From Azolla caroliniana (Eukaryota > Plantae > Polypodiophyta), in assembly GCA_043228905.1 (NCBI GenBank), contig JBHGNT010000017.1:15872001-15936000 (forward strand): DNA of 64,000 nucleotides. The letters run 5' to 3'. The notes under the pieces were generated by a model that saw only the letters and a program-made list of their open reading frames with translations, was not told the origin of the DNA and made no database searches. The position numbers were made by a program, and so were the translations under genes. Positions 14,879 through 27,452 of the stretch are shown in pieces. Positions within the stretch are counted from its first letter, which is position 1; every line of letters begins with the position of its first letter.

Positions 14879-15149
14879 AGAGAGCTATAGCAACCAATTG
14901 ATCAACATGCATGTTTCAGACAAGACACGACGCCGAAGAGCAACATTTTTATGTATGTTCAGACGAGACCATTGGTTCGTTCATTTCCCCTACCACCCAT
15001 CATCAATCATCAATAATGATGATGATCATCTTCTTTTCCAGAAGTGAGGAGAGGAGGGAACAAGCTCTTAAAAGAGGTTTTTTTTTTGGGAAGGGGCCTA
15101 ACTACTTACCATGGGCAATGCAATATATTCTTCTCAATCTACAACCTCT

Positions 15150-15154
<5 letters not shown>

Positions 15155-15199
<45 letters not shown>

Positions 15200-15325
15200 T
15201 GGTAAAAGGCAAAAGAGAGGTGGTTTAAGTGTGAAGGAGCCATTAAATGAAGGAAGGGTTATCTCTATCTATAAAGAGATGGATAGATAGATAGATAGAG
15301 AGAGAGAGAGATTATATATACATAG

Positions 15326-15364
<39 letters not shown>
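15155..15364. repeat. (CA)n, (GATA)n/(GA)n and (CT)n microsatellite cluster
   Basis: Read directly from the sequence. Confidence 0.95.
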
Positions 15365-15368
<4 letters not shown>

Positions 15369-15630
15369 TGTCATTGTCACCACAAAACAAAAGCACTACT
15401 ACTACCATGTTTATATGTACTCAAAGTCTACTACATACATACATTAGCTACTACTGATGCCATCACTTGAGAAAGAGAAAGAGAAAGAGCAGGAGAAAAC
15501 AGGAGGAAGGAGGAGGAGAAGGCAGTTAATAGCAGTTGGGATTGGTAGTTGGAACCTTTTGAGAGAGAGTCTAGAGAGAGAGTGCTCTGTTTCCTTTTGA
15601 CCTTTTTCTTTGCTTTATTGTGTGTGTGTG

Positions 15631-15785
15631 TATATACATACATACATACATACATACATACATGTACATATGTATATACATATATGTACATACATACATC
15701 TACATATGTATATACATATACATACATACATACATACATACATACATACATACATACATACATACATACATACATACACATATAT
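15631..15785 (+). repeat. (TACA)n compound microsatellite upstream of the DUF1635 gene
   Basis: Read directly. Source of the spurious YIHT/MYVC ORFs. Confidence 0.95.
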
Positions 15786-15964
15786 ATAATAGATTATAGC
15801 ACAGAGACAGATACAATAAAAAGGGCTGCACTCTTTCTTTTTTACATGTTTCTCTTCTTCTTGCTCCTCCTTTCTTTTCCCTCTCTCTCTGTCTCTCTGT
15901 CTCTCTCTCACTTTCTTGTATTGATCCATTTTTGTTTCCTTTTCCCTCTTCCTTCTGTTTTCTG

Positions 15965-17094
15965 ATGGAAGGCTCCCTTGAGTCAATCTTCATGCACCCT
16001 CCATTCCACAATCCCATCATCACCACAGCCAACATTATAGAGGTAATAACAAATATACATACATACATACATATATATGTATATGTATATATGTATACAT
16101 ATATATATGTATCTATTGCACCTTACAGTGAATCTGCAATTTTTTCTTCAGTAAATTTGTTTTGTCATGAATCTATGGATAGATGTATGTATTTGCTTGC
16201 TTAATCTTTGTAGTTTTTTTTTTCCCTGTTTCTGCTTTTGTCTGCCCCAAATTTCCATGTCTTTCCTGTTTTTTGTTTTTTTTGTTTTGTATGCATTGAT
16301 GAAACCCTCTGGTTTTTTGTTTCTTTTGATCAAATTACCATGCTTTTTTCTCTTTGCTGTGAAATTTATACCATGTATGGATCAAAAGAAAATCCTTTTA
16401 TGCTTGTTTCTTTGATCGAATCGGCCCCCAGATGCCTTCATTTTGTATATTGATCGCGTGTCTTCCTTCTGTTCCTTTGTAGAGCAATGAGGACCTCCAA
16501 TTCAAGCTAATGTGTGCATCCATGGAGCTAGAGAAAGCCAAAGCAGAGGAGAAGCTCAGGGAAAGCAAGCTATGGGAGCTGCAGGAGCGTCTGGAGAAGA
16601 CGCGGAAGGAGCGAGACGAAGCTCGAGAAGAATGCCGGAAGCTACGAGAAAGCTTGGCGATGAACAGCAAGCCATTGCAGAGCAACAATAACAGCATGTA
16701 TGATTCACCACACAGCTTCATGATCTCTGAAGCTTCCATGGTTTCTTCACCTTCTTCTTTCACCCTCCTGCAAGAGCTAGAGGACCACCTGAACAGTGAT
16801 GATTTCAGCCCTCATTCCACCCCAAGCAAACCACTGCCCTCTCCCTTCCACACAAACGCCTCCTCAGAGCTCCAACAAGCTCTGGACCTGTTCTCTCAGA
16901 GTTGCAGCGAAAGCCCCGATTTAGAGGCCCTCTTCGCCGCAGAGAACAGCGAGGCGCCGTTCGATCTAGCGATCCTCGACCACAATCTGTGCTTCGGGAG
17001 CGGAGATCTAACACTAGAGCTAGAATCCAAGGAAGAGGAAGAACAGGTACAGGAAGAAGTAGTAGACATGCAGGTAGATGGCTATGGAGATGGA

Positions 17095-17129
<35 letters not shown>

Positions 17130-18264
17130 AGGAAGTGGCATTCAAGGAGTGAGGAGCTCTACTAAGCCTCCATCTAAACCTAGCAGGAGATCACTTTCAA
17201 GGCAATCTTCCTCCAATTCAAGCTCTGCCTCAGTTCAGATCTATCAGAGGCCTGCAAAGCCCATGAATTTGGAGCCAAGCCCCATGAATTTGGAGCCAAA
17301 ACCTGGCATGAATTTAGAGGTCACCACTGCAAACAACAGCAACAGCAGAAACCCTAATTTGGTAGTGGGACCCCTATCTCCTCCTCCTCCTCCTCCTCCT
17401 CTTCTGGCTAGTAATCCCATGCCTCTGCCGCCATGCCGGAACAATGCTTCCGGAAGCCTCCGGAACAATGATACCGCTAGTCTCCGGAACCATGCTTCTT
17501 CCGGAAACCTCCAGAACAATGATACTGGGAGTCTCCGCAACCATGCTTCTTCCGGAAGCCTCCAGAACAATGATACCAGGAGTCTCCGCAGCCATGCTTC
17601 TTCCGGAAGCCTCCGGAACAATGATAGCGGGGGGAGTCTCCGGAACAATGCTTCTTCCGGAAGCCTCCGGAAGGTGCACTTGCCGGAGCCCCCCGAGGCC
17701 GACCCGCGTGTCATGCTCAGCTCGCTCCCGGAGAGGGGGAAGCTCCTGCAAGCGGTGATGCAGGCGGGGCCGCTCCTTCAGACGCTCCTGCTCGCGGGGC
17801 CCCTCCCGCAATGGCGGCACCCGCCCCCCGCCCTAAGCTCCTTAGACATACCCCTAGTGCTCCCATACAACATTTCTTCATCACCATCACCATCTGGACC
17901 ATCATCTGGATCATCATCATCATCATCATCATCATCATCTTCTTCTTCTTCTTCATCATCATTGCTCGGATCGATACCTCTCTGTTATGCAGGTGCCTCC
18001 ATCGGCCCGAGCTCTCCGTCCCCGGCCATGGCCATGGCCGTGCCCCCCCGGAGGGCCGCCCCGAACCCCGACCCTTCCTCCCGGAACAAGAAGCTCCGCA
18101 AGCTCACCCCGTCCCCGTCCGCCCGGACAACAACACCAATGACCACCGCCACAATTCCCGGGTCCGGCTCCTGGACAACAACAACAACAACAATGACCGC
18201 GGCCACAATTCCTGTGCCCGAAGGACTCCTCCCCCGCCCGTCGCCCTCGTCCGCGGCCTATTAG
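15965..18264 (+). CDS. DUF1635-family coiled-coil protein, 2 exons, ~619 aa
   Basis: Exon 1 15965-16042 (MEGSLESIF...NIIE, donor GAG|GTAATA) and exon 2 16483-18264 (acceptor TTTGTAG|), phase 0 and in frame with ORF 16510-18264. N-terminal coiled coil (KTRKERDEAREECRKL) and the DUF1635 signature LPERGKLLQAVMQAGPLLQTLLLAGPLPQWRHPPP. Confidence 0.9.
17436..17671 (+). repeat. Coding minisatellite, 51-bp period (17-aa repeat [RQ]NNDTxSLRxHASSGSL), ~4.5 copies
   Basis: Units start at 17461, 17512, 17563 and 17614, and the reading frame is preserved. Confidence 0.9.
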
Positions 18265-20693
18265 AGTTCCTTCCACAAAAAGAAGTAGATCTATCTAGGT
18301 ATAGTAGTAGTAGCCCTTTGTAGGAGGTCCACATAGTGTATTTTGCTTTTGTACTAGTTTGTAGTCAAATGTAGTAGAAGTGTTGGTGTTTTGTGAACCC
18401 TTAGGTAAGAAAAAAGAAACAACAACTAAGTGAGTGACCTATAGAGACCCGAAAAAAAAGCATGTATTTGTAGTCCCTTCTTCCACACCCCTCCTCTCTC
18501 CCCCCCCCCCCCCAAGGTGCCACATTCGTTTCACCTCGCCACCACCTATGTATCTTGCATCGTCTCTTTCTCTTTCTCTCCTTCGGCGGTGCTCTCGACC
18601 ATCTCCCCCGAGTCGCCCGATGATGAGTCCGAATGCAAGCCGCAACAACTCTCGCAGAGCAATCGGGACCCCCCCTGGCCCCAGAATTGTCTTGAGTTGT
18701 TTCGGGTTCCTTCTCGTCCGTTTATATCTCTTTTTGTTTTCTTGTTTTCTTGGTTGGGCTTGTTCTCCTTTGTTCCGTGTAAGAAGTAGGGCTTGGAGGT
18801 CTCTTACCCGTGGCGACATCTCTCGTCATGTGCTCGTTCGCAGCATGCAATTTCGAGACGCCCGGTGAGACGTGTAAAACACATCTTGTGCTCGTGTACA
18901 TTTGTCTAAGCTTTGTCATTGTTTCTTTTCTACTTCAATGTGATTTGATTGATGACTTTAAACTAAATAAATGGAGGTGCCATGCTTTATTTGTGTACAT
19001 TATTATCGAGAGATTTTATGGTTAGTGGTAATCTGGGACAATGACCTCGTGTTTGAACATGTATAATGTCTTTTGTTTGCTTGCAAAGGGGGTTTCATAT
19101 AGAGATCTAGCAATATGGTAGCCAATATAAAGAGCAATGGGCCATGTAGAGATATGACGTTACGAAAGATCATTTTGACACTCCCATGTGAAAACATCAC
19201 AATCGAACTTCCTTTTCTATTCATGAATTCCCATCAAAGTGTTTGTAAATTGTACTCCAATTTGCATTGAATTGTGTGGTGGTTCTAGGTTTGCTTAGAT
19301 GCCGATGTCTTAAAACCATAATCCGATCTCGGTTAAAATGAGAATTAATGCTTGGTAAGTACTCATCTCATTTTTAAGAAAGCGGTTAGAGGATTGGAGG
19401 TTTGAAACCCTTACTCCCAACTTCTAAGGCTTCTTCATAAAAGAGTACATATTGGGCCCAAGGGGTTTGTCAAAGGCCCCATGATGAACACGTTCAAAAG
19501 TCATAACCTTCACTTCCAACCCATTATCTCCCATGTTGTCTTGCAATTCCCAAAGTTGTCCTCCGATGGATTGAAACTTGTGAGAAACGTTCTTGAACAT
19601 TCTAGAGGGCCCCTCCTTGAATACCGTCAATATGTTAGACTATTATTGATTCCTTCCCTTCCATATAAAAACAAACTCTCTCAATTTCTTTGCGATCCCT
19701 CGAAATATGCAAGTAGTATTTGCTTTTGTGGTAAAGTTCTTGAATCAAGGAACACCAACTTTCCTTTTATTAGAAAAGAGTCAGGTAATTGGAATTCTAA
19801 TTTGTTATCCTTTGGCCTTCAAACTTATGTATTGAACTCACAAACAAAGACAAAAATTAAATGTTCCCTCGTTATAATGCATGGGCTCCATCCAAGCTCT
19901 TGTAATAAACCATTACCTAGAAATGAGGTCATTGTTTTAAAAGGGGATCAATGATCATGATGATGATACATCCCCTCTTTTGTGAATTGCAACTTGTACA
20001 TACCAAGGACAATGGAATTCTCCCTCCAAGACAAAGAAACCGACAGAGGAATTGTCATTAGGTTTGTCATTCCTACATATGTTTTGGAATGAATAACTTT
20101 TCATTGAATTTTTTTCGATGAGAGTTTGGCATTATTAGACGAGGCGATAACTCAAAAAGCTGTGAATCATGATCAGAATCTCCAATACCATTTCAAGGCG
20201 ATGCCCATTTCACGTCAAAGTTGAACATGCCCCTTTTGTAAGTGGAGAAATTAAGAACATGTCCCCTTGTCTTTTGTGCACTTAAACTCGGATTCTTCTC
20301 GACCCCCATACATGATTGCAGATATCCTTTTTCCATGGAGACATAATGCCTTGCCCTTGCTTAAACTTTGAACCATGAATAACTCTTCCGTGCATGACTC
20401 TAAGCTCCATTGTTGGGTACATATGTAGAGGGTGGTGATTCTATTGCAACCTTATACACTTGAGGCACAATATGCACAAATATCTTGCAATTGCATCATT
20501 TATTATGTGTAGCAACTACTTCTAGTTCAGAGAAAATGTAAAATAAATGAAAAGTTTGGATGCACTCAATTGATACATCAACATATTAGGGCTAGAAGGA
20601 ACTTCACACCCATTCGAAGGACACATGGCAATCACATTACTTGTGATATATATATTTATTTATGATCACCAATATTATGCAAAATGCAATGTT

Positions 20694-21166
20694 TTTTTTA
20701 TTTAAAGAAGATATCCTGTCATTAGTGTAACAATTTTTACAAGATTTTCAATTCTATGTGATCGGTGGGGGAAACAACCATTTCGGAGGTTGAAAATGTC
20801 AATAAGGAGTATCACAATTGGCTGTCATGAATGGAGTAGCTTTCCATATAGTGATAAACTCATGTCGTTGAGCAATTTTAACATCAGAATCTCCAACAAT
20901 ACCATCCCATTGTCCCTTCAAAGTATGAACTATGTCTAACCAAATATTTGAAACCAATTCAACCGGTGGTGTTTTAACCTGATGGAAAATGAGAGAGCAG
21001 CACCCAACCTTCCAAATGTGATATATAGTGGTACTACTCAATATCTCCCATATTGGTTGAACTTCCTTTCGTATTCCTGTAAATTGTAATGACAACAATG
21101 GTAATGTATGAACACTTCCAAATTTAGTGTAAAATCCATGGTCCATAGATTCAGTGTCATAATGAA
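20694..21166 (-). mobile_element. 5'-truncated L1 LINE insertion
   Basis: 17-bp TSD ATGCAAAATGCAATGTT at 20677-20693 and 21167-21183, with a poly-T tract at the left end. ORF 20799-21179 (IWEIL..HIWK) and the following QPPKWLFP resemble the L1 C-terminus at 61181-61384 (QSPRWLFP). Confidence 0.85.
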
Positions 21167-21607
21167 ATGCAAAATGCAATGTTAAGTATTTTCTATTATA
21201 TCAATGTATATGCTTTTTGATATGCAGGGATATGATGATTCACCATGCATTCTGCAAACTAAGTTTATCATGTAGGCAATTTTCATGAATGTCACTTGAT
21301 GGTTTTTCAACTATAGAGCAATGGAAGGAGATGTTGTGTAACTCCAAGATAGATAGATTGATATCTATAAACTTTATAATCGTCCCTAGAGGTCAAATAT
21401 GTCTTATGGTATTGAGCATCATGTCATTTCATTATCAAACTATTTACATGATTTAGTCCCATTCTTTATGAGTCCCTATTGTTCAAGGACCCTCCCTCCT
21501 AGTATATAATTCCATTTTCTGATACATCCTTAAGGTTACATTTCTTTTGTCATCGTATGCTTTGCGACGAGCATTTTTTGTGTGTGAGAGGATACTATAA
21601 TCTTACA

Positions 21608-21956
21608 CTAAGCATTGTGTACCTTTAAGGTAGATCCACCTATTTTCAAGGATGAACCTTCTCCTTGTGAATGAGCCTTTCTCTCAAGCAAACCACACCT
21701 TTGTTTCTCAATTCTATGCACACCATATACATTCACGCCCTGTATGTCATAGTGTGCATTAAAGAACTTTCCATTGGCATTTACAAGTTGTGATGTAGAT
21801 GTCTCCTTATTCTCCTTTGGGATCCCACAAATAAAAAATTTCTTGGATTGTTCTCTCAATTTGTGCACATTTATATTTTCCACATTCTTTTGTTGTTCCA
21901 TAACTTGCATAATTGAGGGATTAGTGTCGTGATGTGGCATATGCCAAGGGAAGAAA
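21608..21956 (-). mobile_element. LINE ORF1-like remnant interrupted by the hAT insertion
   Basis: REQSKKFFICGIPKENKET..FFNAHYDI..VYGVHRI resembles the LINE ORF1 motif RxxNxIIxGxxE...HRI. Coding potential appears to resume on the far side of the nest at 27548-27607. Confidence 0.45.
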
Positions 21957-22260
21957 TAGGAATCAGCAACGGTTCGGTTTAGGTTTAGCCGGTTTGGTTT
22001 AGGAAACCCGTTAAGCCTGGTGTCGATTCGAATGGGGGTTTCCAAACCTGAACCGAACCAGTTTTTAAACTGTTTTAGGCTAACCGGTTAAGCCTAAACC
22101 GGTTTAGCCAAGCCGATTAAGCCTTAACCAGCTTGATAACCTAGTAAATGAGCAATCCCAAATCAAGCTCAAACCGGTTAAGGAAGTGTTGAGATATCAA
22201 GCTCAACTATAGTTAGTTAGTTAGTCAACCACTTAACTTAGTAGTTACCTAGATAGAATC

Positions 22261-24624
22261 TGTCAGAACCAAGATAGAAGATAGAGTGACAGAAGAAAGA
22301 TATAAAGAGATCACAAGAAGAGAGGAATGAAATGATAAGAGAAGAAGGAATGTATTAAAGTAGAATGAGAATGGATACAAGATAGGCGATGAGAGATTAA
22401 GACTGGTGTCGATTCGAATTGATTTGAGAATACATGTATGCCCTTATTTATAGGTTCCTATAGAATAACCTAGAGATTTCTATAATGTTCTAGACCTAGA
22501 ATGTTCTAGGATATTCTAGAATGTTCTAGAATGTTCCAAGTATTTACAATAATCAGTGTATTACAAGAAGTAGCTTTTATCATCTCATATGATCATAGGT
22601 AATCTTAATGGTTGGGTTCTTGATTATGTATTACAAGGTCTTGGGTTCAAGCCCAGGTGAAGCCATGATGTTTATGTATTCATGACATTATCTCCCCTTC
22701 AAGAACGACAAGTGGAGGTCATCATTAACATCAGTTTGTTTGGATAGTAGCGATGGAAGTTGTCGACAACAGCTTGAGCATTAGAAACATTATTGACGGG
22801 TTCCCAAGTGCGATCACTCGGAGGATAGCTTACCCAATCAACTAGATAATAGAGCTTATTACGCACAATATTAGAATCAAGAATAGCAACTACTTCATAT
22901 TCGGGGTCGTCAGCAAGTTGGACAGGGGGTGGAGGTGGCACGACTCGATTAGGAATGGAAGAGGTGTGACAAGGTTCCAAAAGAGAGCTATGAAAGATTG
23001 GGTGAATCCATATGTGTGCTGGAAGGTTAAGACGAAAGGTTGCATCATTAATCCGCGCCGTGATGAGAAAGAACCTAAGTGTTGATAATCGAGTTTCTCA
23101 CAGGGTCGGGTAGTCTTGATGTGACGACGAAGCAACCATACTTGGTCACCAACCTTAAAAGGAGACTTAAGACGATGATGATCTGCATTAGTCTTATGTT
23201 GTGCTTGAGCTGTCTGAAGATGTGAAGATAAAGCTAACTGGATCTGGTGTAGTCGATGAAGTTGATGCTCAGCACTAGGGTTTCGTGCGACCTCAGGAAG
23301 ATCTAGGATGGTTGCCGGTGTAGGCAAAGAAAGGTGTAACCTTGGTAGAAGAGTGTACCGTGTTATTGTATGCAAACTCAACAATATGTAAAATATTACT
23401 CCAATCATCTTGTTGATAACTGATGAAGCAACGAAGATATTGCTCGAGTGTTAAATATGAGACAAGCTCAGTGGGCACAATTTCTAACTCGTCTTGATTT
23501 CAAGATCATTTTGCGCCCCGGGAAACAACAAGGGAAAGCAGATGCTCTGTCTCGATGATCATATCTCACACTTCGGTATGGAGATCCGACCTTGAACAAT
23601 CAAAAACAAATTCTCCTAGGACTATCAAAGCTACAAGCAACAATAGTTTATGCCACGCCGCTTGAATCAAGCCTTGTGGATACTATTTGGCAATGACTTC
23701 ACTCTGATGATTTCGCTAAGGATGTCTTCGCCCACATTAGTCCAAGCCATGCATCTTGCTCTACATTGCAAGGGTAATCCCAACACTATTAGGAATTGAA
23801 ATGGCAAGATGGATCACCCCACCTTTAAGTATTGGAGCATTGTCATGATGCCCCTATGGCTGGACATTTTGGTATTGCCAAGACAATGGAGTTGGTGAAG
23901 CGCTCGTTTTGGTGGCCTCATTTGCAAAACTTTGTCGAAGATTATGTTCGTACATGTGACATCTGTTGTCGAGCCAAAATACCCAGGCATCATCCTTATG
24001 GCTTGTTACAACCATTACCGCCTCAACTAAGCCTTGGCAGTCTATTTCTATGGATTTCATTAGGGATCTACCACCTTCAAAAGGATTTGATACTATTTTA
24101 ATAGTAGTTGATTGATTTACCAAGATGGCGCATTTTTTACCATGTGTAAAGAGCATCAATAGTCGGGAAACCGCAGATCTCATTATGTGTGAAGTGTTTT
24201 GACATCATGGTCTTCCAGAAAATATAATTAGCGATTGTGGTCCTCAATTTGTCTCTCACTTTTGGAAGCACCTATGGGCAAGCCTCAAAATTTCCTGCAA
24301 ACTCTCTTCGGCTACTTTAATACATTCATTCTTCTCTTATCATTTCATTCCTCTCTTCTTGTGATCTCTATCTTCTATCTTGGTTCTGACAGTTTGATTC
24401 GAATTGATTTGAGAATACATGTATGCCCCTATTTATAGATTCCTATAGAATAGCCTAGAGATTTCTATAATGTTCTAGACCTAGAATATTCTAAGATGTT
24501 CTAGAATGTTCTAGAGTATTTACAATAATCAATGTATTACAATAATGGTTGGGTTCTTGATTATGTATTACAAGGTTTTGGGTTCAAGCTCAGGTGAGGC
24601 CATGATGTTTATGTATTCATAACA
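22261..24624 (-). mobile_element. Ty3/Gypsy chromovirus derivative nested in the Copia 5' LTR, internally rearranged
   Basis: LTR 22261-22687 (TGTCAG...TGACA), minus-strand PPT at 22688-22700, chromodomain 22699-22980 (EYEVVAILDS..YLVDW..TWEP), integrase C-terminus on the minus strand to ~23450. The RNaseH end and integrase HHCC/core lie on the PLUS strand at 23451-24311, followed by a split LTR 24312-24624. TSD GAATC/AAATC. Confidence 0.9.
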
Positions 24625-24793
24625 AAATCTAGTTAGAAGTGTTGACAAATAGGCCCACTTGTACTTAAGTGGGATATTCTAGATCCTCCACGCACATGAG
24701 ATCTATATATACCTCATTGTAGGTATTTTCTGTTTAACTTAATCACATAATTAGGTACTAATTAACTCTTGCTTAAGTACCTAATTCTTAACA

Positions 24794-24805
24794 TGGTATC
24801 AGAGC
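24794..24805 (+). other. Primer-binding site complementary to tRNA-iMet (Copia)
   Basis: TGGTATCAGAGC directly after the LTR end ...TTAACA. Confidence 0.9.
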
Positions 24806-27022
24806 GTGTGGTTCAGAAAATCCACTAAGCCTACCTGACTCCGTGATTGTGTGTTCGAGACGCCGACGACAAAATCCGGCTATCGGCTACCGTAGTGCCG
24901 CTACATAGCATGTGTACGTGATCGAAGGAAGAAAAGAAAAAGAAGAGAAGACACTACATCAAAATGAACACACAAATGGGTAGCTCGCTCCCTAGTGAAA
25001 AGTTAGACCGGAGCAATTATTCATGTTGGGAGTGAAAGATGAACCAATACCTTGTCGGTCAAGGGTATTGGAGCTACATCAACGGCGCTCAAGAAAATCG
25101 ACCCGACCCAAAGAACACCGACTACTCAACATGGGAGCAAGCGGCTAGTCTAATCATGTATTGCTTGGCAACATGTGACCACGACCACATGCTTAGCCAC
25201 ATTCGAGACGCCAAGACACCCAAAGAGGCGTAGGAGAACTTAAAGAAAATGTTTGCCGCCAACACGACTGCCTGAAAGATATGTCTGTGTCAGGCTACAC
25301 CGCCAAGATTAAGTGCATTTGTGACTCGCTTGGCTCCATCAACACAATCGTCAAATATGCTTGGGAGACCTCACACAACGATTTTACTCGTTAAGGAAGA
25401 CAATCTTAGCGAGGGAAAACCCTCCTTCGTTCTTCGACCTTCAATCAATGCTAATGGTTGAAGAGAACCACGTCTGAACCAAGACAAAGACGTCAGAAGG
25501 AAAAATGTTCTTCTCAAATTCGGATGGTGGCCCAGGATGAGGTCGAGGCAGTAGAAGAGGTCGATTCGACCCATCACACGAAGGGAGCTATGCAAACAAA
25601 GGGAGTCATGATCGAACTTCCAACATTCGAGTCGATCGAGTATGTGAAGCGTGTCAACTTGGCAAACAACATCAACTCCCATTCCCGAAGGAGAGCTCCG
25701 TAAGCAAAGGCCTCCTTGACGTCATACACTCTGATGTATGTGGACCGACTCAAATGCCGATAATCGGCGGATGCCAATACTATATAACCTTCATCGACGA
25801 CTACTCCCACTACACGTGGATCATTCCGATGAAGAGGAAGAGCGAAGTGCTCTCCCACTTCCAAAAGCTCAAGGGTCATGTCGAAAAAGAAACCGGTCGG
25901 CACATTCGATGCCTATGATCGGATGGAGGCAAGGAGTACTTCTCTGACAAGTTCACCTCCTACCTCCAAAGTGAAGGCATTCGGAGAGAATTCTCATGCC
26001 GACACACACCCCAACAAAATGGAGTCGCTGAAAGGAAAAATTCGGCACATACTAGAGGTAGCACGCGTCATGATGCATAAGAAGCACACGTCGAACTTCT
26101 ATTGGGCCGAAGCGGCATCCACGGCCGTCTATCTCATGAACCGATGCACCACCAATGGAGTGCATGAGCTAACTCCATACGAGCTCCTTGTCGGAAGGAA
26201 GCCGATCCTATCGTCGCACCTCAAGGTGTTCAGAAGCATTGCGAATGTACGCATCCCAAACGAAAACCGACAGAAGCCCGATGCGAAGTCGGAGAAATAT
26301 ATCCTCGTAGGATACTCATTCGAGAAGAAGGCATAGAAGTGCTTCAACCCCTCAACCCGAGCGGTTCGGATAAGTCGGGATGTAGTCTTCAACAAAACGG
26401 CATCGTGGTATAACCCCAATTTGGCTCCACCCGATCCGACCGAGGAAGAGTTGAATGTCAACTCGGAGGGCGATATTCAAACAAGTCCTCTACCAAAGGA
26501 CAACCCAAGCCCACCCGAGCCTTCAAACCTTCCAAGCACGTCGTGGCCAAGTACGACCTTGGACAAAGGCAAAGGTAAGATGCCCAAATACGAAATAGAC
26601 CACCCCAACGATAGTGATTCAGATGTGTCAGCTCGCTCACTAGACAGTGAGTTTGGTGTACCCATCATGCGGACGCCCGGAGTAAAGAAGGCGCTCACAT
26701 CGGCGGGCAAAAAACTTTGACGTTCTTCTAGAGAGAAGAATCCTATCACTCGGCTCGACTACAACAAGTACATGGCCCATCATTATGCCTTCATGATGAA
26801 GGTAGTGGCCGAACAAGAACCCCATAGCTCTATAGAAGTGGCTCGTGGCCGACGATGGGTGAAAGCAATCGACCCAAGCCTTCGTCACAGGCTTGAGGGG
26901 GAGGAATTGAAAGAACGACAGAAGTCGACACCGAAAATCGCACAGAAGCCGACATCAAAAGCCGGACAACGCCGAAAGTAGAACCGGATGTCGGACGCCT
27001 CACACTTGAGCTTGAGGGGCCA

Positions 27023-27452
27023 TGTTGAGATATCAAGCTCAACTATAGTTAGTTAGTTAGTCAACCACGTAACTTAGTAGTTACCTAGATAGAATCTAGT
27101 TAGAAGTGTTGACTATAAGGCCTTAAATAGGACCTTGTACTTAAGTGGGATATTCTAGATCCTCCACTCCTAAGTACATTTAATATAGGACTTACACCTT
27201 TGTACCTATATTCTCCGCACACATGTGCACCCTTGTACATGAGATCTATATATACCTCATTGTAGTTATTTTTTGTATTTGATGATGCTTTTAATATAGT
27301 TAATCATCCCCTATCTTGTGTCGTTCATAAGTGTAACTTCCACTCTCTCTTCCTCTCACACACATACACACACATATCACATAATCTTTTGCTTAACTTA
27401 ATCACATAATTAGGTACTAATTAACTCTTGCTTAATTACCTGATTCTTAACA
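27023..27452 (+). repeat. Copia 3' LTR (430 bp)
   Basis: Matches 22187-22260 plus 24630-24793; TG...CA ends. Confidence 0.92.

Larger units (their letters stand above)
22187..27452 (+). mobile_element. Ty1/Copia LTR retrotransposon, decayed deletion derivative (gag and integrase only)
   Basis: LTRs TGTTGAGA...TTAACA (5' LTR 22187-24793 interrupted; 3' LTR 27023-27452), perfect TSD GGAAG, PBS TGGTATCAGAGC 24794-24805, purine tract before 27023. Gag (KLDRSNY..KMNQYLVGQGYWSYI) and integrase fragments (FYWAEAASTAVYLMNR, TPYELLVGRKP) carry stops and frameshifts. Confidence 0.93.

Noticed and set aside
15431-16204. YIHT/MYVC-repeat ORFs (also 29979-30982 and 54996-55405)
   Set aside because: Artefacts of stop-free (TACA)n microsatellites. 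Only 15965-16042 is used, as a real exon.
17436-17671. Regularly spaced repeats resembling a CRISPR array (also 31861-32170 and 52300-52520)
   Set aside because: These are contiguous tandem units without unique spacers, there are no cas genes and the context is eukaryotic.
16398-18334. Many alternative-frame and antisense ORFs over the DUF1635 gene
   Set aside because: Shadow ORFs of GC-rich, repetitive coding sequence.
19420-20450. 157-aa ORF and possible retroelement remnant
   Set aside because: No diagnostic motif that I can identify with confidence.
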